Origin: Candidatus Omnitrophota bacterium
GTDB lineage: Bacteria > Omnitrophota > Gorgyraeia > 2-01-FULL-45-10
Assembly (NCBI GenBank): GCA_041650805.1
Contig: JBAZKM010000003.1
Span: 156,439-220,438 of the forward strand
Reading direction: 5' to 3'
Length of the DNA: 64,000 nucleotides
Below the pieces are notes generated by a model. That model was not told the origin of the DNA. It searched no databases and was given only the letters and a program-made list of their open reading frames with translations. Shown in pieces: positions 50,201-52,756 of the stretch; positions within the stretch are counted from its first letter, which is position 1, and the number at the start of each line of letters is the position of its first letter. The translations under genes and the position numbers were made by a program.

Positions 50201-50455
50201 GGCAGTGCCTTCCTCGCCGGTGTCGATACCGCTAACTTTACGACGGTTTCATACCGGCCGCAGATAGACCTGCTCGAGATGCTGGCTGTGGCGATAGCGC
50301 TCTCTTCCGATAAAGAGCTCATGACCGACTCCGAGATAGAGAAGCGCCTCGGTTTCAGGCGCATCAATAAGCGCATGATCGTCTACCTGCCCGAAGCACA
50401 CCCCATAAACACCGAAGAATACCGCTTCCAGCTGGTTGCTCTCCAAAATGCATAA
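29171..50455 (+). CDS. Giant 7,094-aa multi-domain protein. Order: N-terminal signal/anchor, radical-SAM motif, GNAT, SAM-MTase, wHTH + degenerate Fic/Doc, kinase-like, HD, zincin-like peptidase, ~35x 31-residue repeats, AT-rich module, Rossmann-like region, and a conserved C-terminal domain.
   Basis: Single uninterrupted 21,285-nt ORF in GC-rich DNA. Domain motifs are listed as separate features. Recurring linker motifs delimit the modules. Confidence 0.9.
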   Translation: MFITLKQSNNIARRLVSVILIASFLFTNSDLSLAREIFSDRTTLSPASRFNPLAKIREKDDGTFDIVRDEEGRRDLKDGFKADAEFLYLSRLIGDALGDAVRMKLTYEGLRILIERDLRDTKTEFEHFDPARLYRRDDSYYLPYKSALTGGDLLLRYFVSSTGHKFPDAVKVADLGEGDFVWMETISADGIEASAPNAVLLKRPVDIIDPGEIKTGRDLVRIIDEVLRAPHPAEALQAACHSLAITGHAILAGYEEYLNDEGLGVKNAFSDMLRKVESGKLVWTKDDFGEFKKLVKKIPTIDDPNEDLFVDVLTDFTPDMIRLLANSGYDHSFNLQLTKGCGNQCLICGVSKARGAMHHIPFPIAAKLLRKVNRYQSKLMPYFDSDALHYRDSVVNATYADIVSFARRSGFTWVPTVTHGIGGAKAKGSGDIVREARNYLTISVHVYHHPVMEYVKSKLEGKMTDEALAKRRESIINMYADRFVYLIQGAIDSGKGFQIRLFRPNPDVEYMLQRHLYAYAAVKEIQAIQDEVWSRVKGRIPLDMDRTSDTHVVWIDDAARFLKDLGVPEDIIANTQKAYDDNIYNGASIVGDHYSLIAGPDGSVTMQVREGNNLRFRTVGEMFEGPASEGFGSFVQALKIISSFDYDNPKSSRNSYVSSAKMKDIGTDIEGLILRELRKEIARNPYSDEEVAEKVKEITVYRTMGDFYKLLFSFYLNQDEIRRLSHDPTEGGAALLYQRLKDVPFPVKMEFNIVMQDNELCVFSYSPMDAGRPGFEKDLYNSTRRFELPVRAFASRSEAAQRPPFPGHGPGSPHITQGPDEPAPLISRVDELWGDRPVRVRKIIAAILGDMRGPLTAISVRQAAGNILRDNLMNAKARQGAVDAITFRKWISRTGLISDLLAPADIGESDVAEIFLRHGLKFDRDLRRRLCGPFRDEISLIKKAMNALQEAYDPLLSDTSPDERSKQEFEEKYEFRAYEKGTSFVPVLGILWAVRDQDVVSISYRIANRIADDYRKARKAGRESIFPLIRNTRIRARLLERTAVDIPLAIHIFNDELDSRERGFFLGLIREYFGGEMVSAVSAVMSGRGMDDAVALAGRDRQFIIFSINFFLKSVFFYKSVDMGQLEKLIPDIPVNMGYEDILTAGIRERFSSIGPGTAWAETPEAGGLIGTFGRVNPETAFVPIGKFWPRDRIAYLTEDNSFALMRRRGGHAGYAGVAVDEEDRELLSEGGAVIPGTSTDGSRFVLIQRMIPVGERKVFAWKLKERGISAYSLPLGFITIERDGRRYRDYYPHLDCCLNVIARDFTEDGRVKILIDPLYYKSVKDDPEFRRLLREQGFLPDDVIIISEEDSGLNLANFAETISGDGRRILIFNAGAASTLSRIPLKAGSYEELPEPLYLLAQSGGLQRCASNLFPREEVPLPGAPSYKVDGTAFPPDVIEAIYRSFSDDGRFSRFLEAFRKCGIEIVQITANRYSDKTEALKTMLPYEAAIYVAPREGTEEVLNEILKGFEVILADLRSNWGGIIIDAGPDGENGIRERPPFPGHGPGTPHIAQGPDEPEDLLSPEPQAPGSKPITDAERLNKLDRKLSYIALGVSVPAFLAMLAGIMMGSDIGVAIVGVSSIIGSAALGTTALLRVKWILEPGERKETGGTTPVRVDITEERSERIEVTIERVPGEESEIHIVAKDPEGKEAGRATYMIRSEDAIQLLSIDVFESKKRRSGIGEQLMLRIKDEMVEAGRSEIFLFCLQSNAGAIRFYDKMGERLGMAMTKEDAIFHDQPPAAYKITYRITNDKRQKTNNGNPARNSGPDTITIKPVPPGTFPDLDARGTPQDRPGDQEKRRAQQQKLAVQLLQKEFARKEALVKYGIYTAAELAVVEGLYRRFAVGEDLSHFSPYEKVFIWQYMILMDMHSSSFRMLEEEVNRLAEDLEIDGLYVGFEWNDHMAPEDKVRTVENNISIRPGMRMLDIGCGKGSVIIELARRHAGVEFIGIDANPRNISNALTRLMEMGPEAPRNVRFHMLDCREPVADKAIPRRGIPYGEGAFDVISLMEGVFDEAHSSDSAERLLWREAIRVAGKDGGIVAFFGLAGKNKFEESLPEGVYAEMKDNTFFSIGGRNTRYYFPSWTREDEPSPYRREKTEFCVWRLALRHGEELPGHQVTMSPVASGLQTETAPGPSQPVQQDLPFETEGTPPPASDPSSGRRTQGNFGPGAMNVDEPLGRTSPLSEHAQETLFTARLHFSGEGFTAEDLLGKVASSGTGRILSDLDELERNGYIEAVGSGKTPGFRLTAEATFALITMEYNLSPIYIGELGRRGVDLPADIDNPDELASHIIEFTKGDARIDAKTTLHMILDLTNLLEWEYVYLQALEMKKAGKNWALIDTVGLEEALDKLRPLVSRRLLEVQDLEVGWIGHGLEAARTPPETDDFQKAASLVNRYVTGGLAAGEEELKEIHSVVSEHLKVFSAGRSRNVRRGEYRAYEDAYRDLTYFPLAEKVPDAMAAVFRLIKVPEFMGLHPVEQAAITFYLIHNIQPFDNGNTRTASLFMDCLLMKNNYPPFVISEYNERRFHEVIKFMRRPEPERFNEGSMTQSEFVNDPMKLLGSPDALAKIRRYAREFTAFLAEETARELVLQPPSPGSQTQGSPGHQVTRSPVRGDEGRLAEEAASASGTPDLSGYEPRWVTGVKEVGSDPAGPYEIFIDHGRNYGNYTDVNEALYNGKRYMAKWVSGHGEREGLIASQARVLNYLKDVLSDADLARISMPEYIQLEDGTRMLLFEKFTAGSTMNDIMESGFLALSNKRASLLRAVREIACAVKALHDVNVYHGDITLKNVWVFEDGRIKLFDFDFATMGTAGLRQRGLNLWFVSPERLERAFGKKEATIDKKAAVTDEVCSIGVIMTAVLTGELLFNHVVTGEKAGRKRPMRYDPRTALNAVGVPGRIVEVAVRALADSKDRFQTVDELIRALDGSETPSEPIGKTSPDAGKETFPKDPEPVSGTPETAALRDAIEAAIPQGIGFYKKRNPGQPDETTRRKIDEQNSLAEPLLTRTIERLRAHYPDIAEMLADLYPRVLPYYIAGMDVNYIQHHATVIDFASEIAVGERLDEKESAILILAALFHDSGNGLTTLSKVTATAVHNMPVTTPGERAAREGVIEQAVAFRKEHMEIGAGIVREIIEPYRARAPDILPGEDVSEIERLVLHHDDLKIPLWQENVDTTWLTAKDDRSLQFLMEADALWMLTPLGIRSDIDKSEGEPLSPSAQASFNVGLFRKWKELYDRAFDAETVNGYGFRDGTLLRSHAAYLIYQRLIEEAANDPENVPGRRTTPGNLGPGAMNIDEPFEARGPGPAPKTADRRPADTDFVEKVLDTQISMHGLQRLFDEGLLDKRIALAWYRALVSKGGLTDKELSDEIDGEMDYMPPDELYGALKDRGLNPKNRIVAIEADRVLKGYFDHLRREHGIVLPYGYLSIEDNVVFMPKRKLKRYYDAPKAVTDSFLHKVIISNEFKGKELLTYLIHEGLHLNAVGFYLQGVGGMRGSHLNEGMAEYLTRDAMEFMGVDGGSGLWRKTTAEWKVKAVRIVESMIRYMGERSTLIRAFFNGGIDTLPIIPMTLAKAVIKEKTQVYYDGNKMPFSAARRVIREKTPKDIPDDEIYILAEHDRNGYMLISRYTAAEGNEKGPGLQIVLSSIGVIPEDAPALLSVEAVTGYRALDMSDSMSLLEFFTALERATRTASESDLFFAAGKWESLKASVTAPTLSRVVLEITPYIERGLSLAMERCKAAKREKDDHLSAEAEFDDTADMDEDELAEHFAEKALNGEMPKGLENIFEPQDDDEGGSASDVTVRTASYWRTTPGNLGPGAMNIDEPFGSHKDGPLSIEEAVKRIEALLEDAPRQRSISTKEAVTNVLMSIARDGEFVFNRKQANRVASVRRFGDKLPLLKFLVTYKIKTEDGDRYVFNGGHVAIISPSSRTNQDAERLIVALKDMGITEGAHLAIITASSRSEDEIKKIVPFLRAHGITANSHIASILKSSRDEAEIGGLVSFLGDLGITEPAHITRILTTSRGRKEIEGMVTMLKGLGIVKGAHISYIVQTSRTEAEVKNLIDFLDGLGIRGGFAVASIVHSAREKDDISAIIETLRAAGITEDAHIAMILMSKRTGDEIAGILAKLKKHKIADGVSCSIILRSSRKEEDIEGIVKALKKCGMKSIHIALVISASRTKDQIEKAIRSLALYEIKNPSHIASILACSRSNKEIRMLVSMLVACGITDGAHIALIASTKRSTSEVRRLTGHLRRSGITHPFHIAAIIQSSRPEQGIMSLIEMLKASGITGGASIAMISGSSRSEAEISSVVSSVRSLGIVNSCNIATVVASSRKEEDIERLIRSFRRAGFEEPAHISLMIHSSRTEGEIAEIIAGLDAINISEHSAVARIIHSSRSKAEIEDLVKLLVENNIEKDGHIARIIGSSRPKVEVRSIIKTLKALGIVKPFDMAFIIQGKRSEDDIKEIISMLRKHGINKGFHIAVAIHCSRPKEGIERLLKTLAGQGITGGLDTALVIRSTRDEKEIPDIIETLKAAGIRKSFYLAEVLASSRTKSEIREIVRTLKALGITDAGSIAIVLKGSRSKKAINEMVPVLKAAGFSDERDLAHILLSGRTLAEINVTVSRLKACGIIKSSHIAHLLRTDRPIEEMERIIASLRDSGIRDASAMTRILMGGRSASEIKGLISELCSVSITTPKNIAVIARSDRSTKEMKELVGILNAAGIRDETAVTRIIACDRSNNEIRSVIPALRSLGITKEFHMAMVISTSRTVEDIKKVVEAARSSGINESFHLALVAGSSRRLSDIEGLFRSLEAEGITDQYHKACVVHSERTNAEISSGIALLKSIGVKAPAKIARLLSTSHSDEEFRSTVTLLEGVGITDINRIISILELRRPPAEVGDAFELLRQAGITDNTMSFPIIKRRSAEEIEGIVSLLKYKGIVNTGEIAIVLRSKRSREEIEITLKMLQRFGISESVPRALIIKSRHTAREIEDLIPALRQAGITRSAQIAGILYGEGSKEEIEEKITQKTLPEKEKAAPAPAEVMAQDMAEEMSAQEETMVAPEPVGVSKGKRVMPTLYKTLQSVGLLPKDAARLPADIEKRYSALSITDSMLFLKFFTIMKRVIAQYADGREEAPDEDVFVVASEAWRNIGAIKAGSDVHAIAQSIKGPAEDALAAAMRAIEKAREETARKNLMEERATEEEDEDVLAEQFAESALRGEVPEDLEEALEEVRGELTEQSSAEVLPEPDSELSMEESDAPSAGRTTPGNLGPGAMNIDEPFEAQGPQPTAQSPELPVPDSGLQARPFADVTVTPVVGEAAGVTLRGLYSIPAIPDETTAQPFFSVIMHERYYKEFTEKVVDFLRALEESMNTPKETREEKSKVLQKKYSLHDAMTKSLHKWAEYTLQNTNADGPLYAPGKGFSLYAIILACNTISDFYPQFTHIKPEEWLCYEIASYGKLPLNEKNRNILIKANGYLERVLADEDRTNQICRDLYGEDYRVINLVLKWLGNIAEITAHPAERNKARNFLTYFIKQLLRENRDILEAFASFVFDRFEKAKKQRSGSEENHGIKIAIVLTGAEHLGQWLRIKSKLLGKEIAFQDLSLTLSMFMHLEYINDAGDSGSYILGQSSKESLKQSLHEIGITPSDTRHLILVDTGFEGSINKYIVYPLKEMGVSEELLLLFRKDERSVNTYGFNQEQGWEGSEKRLRKLAHIIDDGFEASTLSPTQFSDITDKKLASTQRPWFCELIKREIELFAYTTSEGLSATQPDIAEDDLVGAAPLTARPFALFPAAGATAEVSTTPAGGVPQSDVSQTVQQIAPETFSGPIGKASPDAGEDTFPKDSEAVSVANEEQEGLIQLYRRLYPVVFEFADQAGIVTGDKVVVIGTHVDWQCGIACALKGADVISIGLESDEDEREFKAADEVRESIEKNGGQYRIMRPYDYLKVPVPESSIKIIVAQNVIDDPEANSPAIVRKMLRDVQDGGYIAVSFLCDEQIWYTNIKRQAERLGFILQESVFADFTGMSGTSYIFRVIKNAPGLTAQSSQPTAQSPVLQAQGSPVTSHQSPVQERGQTPSALSSASAETLEAKSGISKVMLWRRDSTGEGGVVEAADDEIRETAQEIAAGKYKFTYLITGNILSLGIVEDDKKTHHDKVKKPNIEDRPLKGDKMDGQFLILPWEIERRTYAEWREQYIRFARFLIEQGILASEPLQVALKASGVIPKIFEPDPMPETLGELANMSLSNEIAPSSQLPTPNSILQAPSPNLTLQAQESTVHGPRSTKGAPVVVEDKEYGVTLLDDYYTYLPRETYGLSLLGTKVGISNTRYAVVRLKDTTINVATHHSAGYIFPVMAAKDGLINGDEVLLHIDFARHPDDADLILSPPPLGNDIGEHLAFLGPYKDKGFLGPENYLTALKKAFPDLVPVFLKDEDDGHYSWGGIEWAYQGSVIDFLAQIQDKTGGARFPWLARGKIASIDLDIFRCLKDDTTKTEQLLDAIADVAAPAKLIMIFTSPGYLDKEFAITLAERLVEKIARNLQDLAGNDRDVSVNGEGRGQGSQVLVKDIQKRGQTPSTEEHLTRLDNVYFGAFPYNGDTSYVKNEESHVRVPRSRPGRGDMLVDVNSATIFEYGLIESKIKTSPLKVMVSDETDGKVANCHQGEAILIKTENANDVLGTLFLEECDAIGGRTVIKGEPYLFLYHKNDSFRNKSFSTFVQWLLKMSDSVQDLECCISMRRGLDERCAAEYENFQETIADLSSLYPGVRVHAVRSRQEPGLFGSMVVSKYGVTCRTAKYTGRTRRDDATADWANAEVAMVPFAVGSSPKTQEPVFGAHDAQTPNSQPPTPNLTLQAPNSKLQANWPVRLVDTIKIRAMEAKEEGQKLIVGVGTSWIPGYAEQGEEHNGLNPILSELRNLRALDNIVFVDAPDNELAQELIKKADGSKTDYKNVIVLADNKFVSGELKASTEIEKAALDGFRSLANGSAFLAGVDTANFTTVSYRPQIDLLEMLAVAIALSSDKELMTDSEIEKRLGFRRINKRMIVYLPEAHPINTEEYRFQLVALQNA
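30150..30800 (+). other. Radical-SAM-like region of the giant protein.
   Basis: NLQLTKGCGNQCLICG contains CxxxCxxC (Cys codons at 30191, 30203, 30212). Confidence 0.45.
31573..31637 (+). repeat. Linker motif A, copy 1: RPPFPGHGPGSPHITQGPDEP.
   Basis: Near-identical at nucleotide level to 33790-33852. Confidence 0.85.
33790..33852 (+). repeat. Linker motif A, copy 2: RPPFPGHGPGTPHIAQGPDEP.
   Basis: ccgccgttcccgggccacgg...cagggaccggacgaacc. Confidence 0.85.
34165..34495 (+). other. GNAT N-acetyltransferase domain of the giant protein.
   Basis: Motif A RRSGIGEQLM (R/Q-x-x-G-x-G/A), with the beta-strand pattern IHIVAKD...LLSIDVF before it and AIRFYDKMG after it. Confidence 0.6.
35040..35470 (+). 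other. Class I SAM-dependent methyltransferase domain of the giant protein.
   Basis: Motif I MRMLDIGCGKGSVIIELA; acidic post-I residue in FIGIDAN; motif II-like AFDVISLMEGVF. Confidence 0.6.
35776..35830 (+). repeat. Linker motif B, copy 1 (divergent): RRTQGNFGPGAMNVDEPLGRTSP.
   Basis: Related to the three near-identical copies at 39121, 40712 and 45055. Confidence 0.8.
35870..36900 (+). other. Winged-helix + Fic/Doc (Fido)-like domain with a degenerate active-site motif.
   Basis: ILSDLDELERNGYIEAVGSG (wHTH), then AITFYLIHNIQPFDNGNTRTASLF. The canonical HPFx(D/E)GNGRxxR has H->Q and G->T (nt 36769-36798). Confidence 0.45.
37250..37990 (+). other. Protein-kinase-like (ePK/APH superfamily) domain of the giant protein.
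   Basis: AxK YMAKWV; catalytic-loop-like HGDITLKNVWV; DFG-like KLFDFDFA; SPERLE. Confidence 0.55.
38086..38165 (+). repeat. Linker motif C, copy 1: PIGKTSPDAGKETFPKDPEPVSGTPE.
   Basis: Near-identical to 46738-46815 (PIGKASPDAGEDTFPKDSEAVS). Confidence 0.8.
38380..38800 (+). other. HD-domain phosphohydrolase region of the giant protein.
   Basis: LAALFHDSGNG (H..HD) and LVLHHDDLKIP. Confidence 0.55.
39121..39180 (+). repeat. Linker motif B, copy 2: RRTTPGNLGPGAMNIDEPFEA.
   Basis: ~50-nt near-identity with the copies at 40712 and 45055. Confidence 0.9.
39480..39960 (+). other. Zincin-like metallopeptidase (Peptidase_MA-like) region.
   Basis: HEGLH (39706-39720), with NEGMAEYL 25 residues downstream (HExxH + EGxAEY). 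Confidence 0.45.
40712..40765 (+). repeat. Linker motif B, copy 3: RTTPGNLGPGAMNIDEPFG.
   Basis: actacaccgggcaacctcggccccggcgcgatgaatatcgacgagccgttc. Confidence 0.9.
41030..44340 (+). repeat. Array of ~35 tandem 31-residue repeats (~1,100 aa) within the giant protein.
   Basis: Consensus G-I-T-x-x-x-H-I-A-x-I-L-x-S-S-R-S-x-x-E-I-x-x-L-V-x-x-L-x-x-x. The Arg is invariant in nearly every unit. Positions 3-7 and the three residues before the Arg are hypervariable. Confidence 0.85.
45055..45125 (+). repeat. Linker motif B, copy 4: RTTPGNLGPGAMNIDEPFEAQGPQPTAQSPE.
   Basis: Followed by a heptamer-encoded PELPVPDSGLQA linker. Confidence 0.9.
45290..46610 (+). other. Compositionally distinct AT-rich module inside the giant ORF (probable acquired cassette).
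   Basis: ~1.3 kb of visibly lower GC (A/T-rich codons, K/N/I/Y-rich peptide), bounded upstream by linker B copy 4 and downstream by linker C copy 2. Confidence 0.6.
46738..46815 (+). repeat. Linker motif C, copy 2: PIGKASPDAGEDTFPKDSEAVSVANEE.
   Basis: atcgggaaagcgtctcccgatgcgggcgaagacaccttcccgaaggat. Confidence 0.8.
49840..50455 (+). other. Conserved C-terminal domain of the giant protein, shared with the C-terminus of the ORF at 3..1814.
   Basis: Begins after the heptamer-encoded linker PNLTLQAPNSKLQA; colinear similarity to the ORF1 tail. Confidence 0.5.
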
Positions 50456-50975
50456 AAAAGCGTAAATTTTTACGGGTCCTGCCGCTCCCTCGCCTTTTGT
50501 TTCTATAGGGCATTCAACGCTCTCGAGGCGTACCAATGACCGATCGTGGATCCCAGGCGCCGTAGTGCCCTATACTCCAAAAGGCTCGGTCGCGTCACCC
50601 GTAAAAATTTTACCTAGTTCATATAGTAAAAAATTTTTCGTCTCTCATCGAAGGGGCCCCCGATGGTGGGGTATCGACCGGGACCTGAATCCAAATTTTG
50701 ACAGGGCAAAATTTGGATATCGTATCATCAGACGAATATCCAGAATTTGCCATGACAAATTCTGGATGAAAATCGCGAGCGGGCACGGATCCCGCCAAAC
50801 ACCTTTAAAAGAGCGTCTATTGACATAACAGGGCTACCCGACTCGTTTGGCGGGAGAGCGAGCGATTTTCCGGAGTCACATTTTCCTCGCCGGGGAAAAT
50901 GTGACGTTCCCGGGAGATACCCCACCGGAGAGGGGACACGTGGAAAAGACGAAAAATTTGACCTTAAAATTTTAC

Positions 50976-51004
50976 TTGACATATATATACTATTATTGTA
51001 TATA
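50976..51004 (+). promoter_or_regulatory. Sigma70-like promoter of the rimP-nusA-infB operon.
   Basis: TTGACA (50976-50981), 17-nt spacer, TATATA (50999-51004). Shares the TTGACATATATA start with the giant-gene promoter. Confidence 0.5.
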
Positions 51005-51023
51005 TAGTACATACTTTTCTTAA

Positions 51024-51068
51024 AGGAGGAAAAGTGGGTTTAAGCATTGTTTAGACCCATTTTTTTTT
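51024..51068 (+). terminator. Leader element: RBS + 6-codon ORF (GTG..MGLSIV) embedded in a hairpin followed by a T9 run (candidate attenuator upstream of rimP).
   Basis: AGGAGG 51024-51029; GTG 51034; stem gggtttaag/tttagaccc (51036-51058) with loop cattg; T9 at 51060-51068. Confidence 0.45.
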
Positions 51069-51090
51069 GCCCCAAAATCGGAGCCTACAA

Positions 51091-51543
51091 ATGGATGTAA
51101 TAGATAGAGTTAAGGAGTTGATAGCTAAGTATTTAGAAGAAAACGCCATCGAACTCGTGGAGATAACTTACAGGCGCGAACAGCCGGGGATGGTGCTGCG
51201 GCTGCTCGTTGATAAAGAGGGAGGTATCACCATCGCCGAGTGCGAGGAGCTGAATAATCACCTCAGCGAGGCCCTAGATAAAGAGGATATCATAAGCGAC
51301 CGCTACCTGCTTGAGGTCTCATCGCCCGGGCTCGACAGGCCTATGAAGACGGACAGGGACTTCGAGCGCGCCATGGGTAAGGTGCTTGATATAACCACTT
51401 ATGAGCGTATAGACGATAGGAAGACACATGAGGGGAAGCTCGTAGGCATGGACAGGGAGAACGTTGTAATAGAGTCGAACGGCCTGAGCACGGTCATACC
51501 CAGGGCGAAGATCGCCCGCGCGGTGCTTAAGGTAGAGATCTAA
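51091..51543 (+). CDS. rimP: Ribosome maturation factor RimP.
   Basis: MDVIDRVKELIAK...LEVSSPGLDRP. ATG 51091 with a GGAG RBS; the TTG 51067 alternative lies in the T-run. Confidence 0.88.
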   Translation: MDVIDRVKELIAKYLEENAIELVEITYRREQPGMVLRLLVDKEGGITIAECEELNNHLSEALDKEDIISDRYLLEVSSPGLDRPMKTDRDFERAMGKVLDITTYERIDDRKTHEGKLVGMDRENVVIESNGLSTVIPRAKIARAVLKVEI

Positions 51544-51556
51544 CGAGAGGTCAATC

Positions 51557-52756
51557 ATGAACGAAGAACTGATCGCAGTACTTGAACATATGGAGCGCGA
51601 GAAGGGCATCGACAAAGAGCTGCTCTTTAAGGCGATAGAGTCCGCCCTTGTCAGCGCCGCCAGGAAGATACTCGGGAATAAAGAGGCCGATGTGACCGTC
51701 ACCGTAGACAGGGCCACGGCCGAGATAAAGATCCTGAGCGACGGCAAGGAGATAAATTCCGCGGAGTTCGGGAGGATCGCCGCCCAGACTGCCAAGCAGG
51801 TCATAATACAGAAGATACGGGAGGCGGAGCGCGATATAGTGCTTGAGGATTATACCAAGCGTGTCGGCACCATCACCAACGGCGCCGTCCACAGGTTCGA
51901 AAAGGGCGATATCGTAGTGGACCTGGGGAAGACCGAGGCGATACTGCCGAAGTCCCAGCAGTGCCCTCGGGAAAGGTACAGGCAGGGTGACAGGGTACGG
52001 GCATACATACTGGAGGTCAACAAGACCTCTCACGGCCCGCAGGTGATCCTGTCGCGTTCCGATGCGTCCTTCGTGAAGAAGTTATTCGAGATAGAGGTGC
52101 CGGAGATCACCGAGGGGATAGTGGAGGTCAGGGCCATATCCCGCGAGGCCGGCGAAAGGACGAAGATCGCCGTATGGTCCAAGGACGAGAAGGTGGATGC
52201 GGTAGGGGCATGCGTGGGCATGCGCGGCTCGCGTGTAAAGGATATAGTGCGGGAACTCCAGGGCGAAAGGGTCGACATAGTACGGTGGTCGGACGACATA
52301 CGGGAGTACGTCAAGGCGGCGCTCTCCCCGGCAGAGATCCAGGAGATGAAGATCGACAAGGCCAATAAGAAGGTCGAAGCGATCCTGCCCGATGACCAGC
52401 TCTCGATAGGGATAGGTAAACACGGACAGAACGTGCGCCTTGCCTCGAAACTGACCGGTTGGGAGATAGATATACGGGGCAAAGAACCGAAGGTTAAGGT
52501 CGAGGTTAAGGCTGAGGAAGCGGTTCAGGAGGAAGCCGGGAGTTTGGAGTCAGGGGTTGGGAGTAAAGAAAAAACTAAAGAGATAAAGATCACGGACCTG
52601 GAAGGTGTCGGAGCGAAGACAGGCAAGGTCCTGACAGAGGCCGGTTACGATACGGTGGAGAAGATAAAGGCCCTTACGATAGAAGACATGACGAAACTCG
52701 AAGGCATAGGGAAGAAGACGGCGGAGAAGATACTGAAGTCGGCAAAGGAGCTATAG
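51557..52756 (+). CDS. nusA: Transcription termination/antitermination factor NusA.
   Basis: N-terminal domain, S1 domain, two KH domains (GACVGMRGSRVK), C-terminal HhH repeats. Confidence 0.95.
   Translation: MNEELIAVLEHMEREKGIDKELLFKAIESALVSAARKILGNKEADVTVTVDRATAEIKILSDGKEINSAEFGRIAAQTAKQVIIQKIREAERDIVLEDYTKRVGTITNGAVHRFEKGDIVVDLGKTEAILPKSQQCPRERYRQGDRVRAYILEVNKTSHGPQVILSRSDASFVKKLFEIEVPEITEGIVEVRAISREAGERTKIAVWSKDEKVDAVGACVGMRGSRVKDIVRELQGERVDIVRWSDDIREYVKAALSPAEIQEMKIDKANKKVEAILPDDQLSIGIGKHGQNVRLASKLTGWEIDIRGKEPKVKVEVKAEEAVQEEAGSLESGVGSKEKTKEIKITDLEGVGAKTGKVLTEAGYDTVEKIKALTIEDMTKLEGIGKKTAEKILKSAKEL

Noticed and set aside
29171-50455. Giant ORF as NRPS/PKS megasynthase, RHS/YD-repeat toxin or Ig-like adhesin.
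   Set aside because: No condensation (HHxxxDG), adenylation (SGTTGxPKG) or KS/AT/ACP motifs were seen. There are no YD repeats, no Ig/cadherin-like beta-repeat periodicity and no C-terminal toxin tip. The domain content is enzymatic and heterogeneous.
50458-50485. Intrinsic terminator directly after the giant gene (cgtaaatttttacg).
   Set aside because: The stem is only 5-6 bp, AT-rich, with a 2-4-nt loop. That is too weak to call. It is more likely a fragment of the GTCACCA-element core.
50456-51066. Expected tRNA (metY-like) or tmRNA upstream of rimP-nusA-infB.
   Set aside because: No cloverleaf-compatible sequence is present (no GTTCGAATC-like T-arm, no acceptor-stem complementarity). Only hairpins and a promoter/attenuator-like leader were found.
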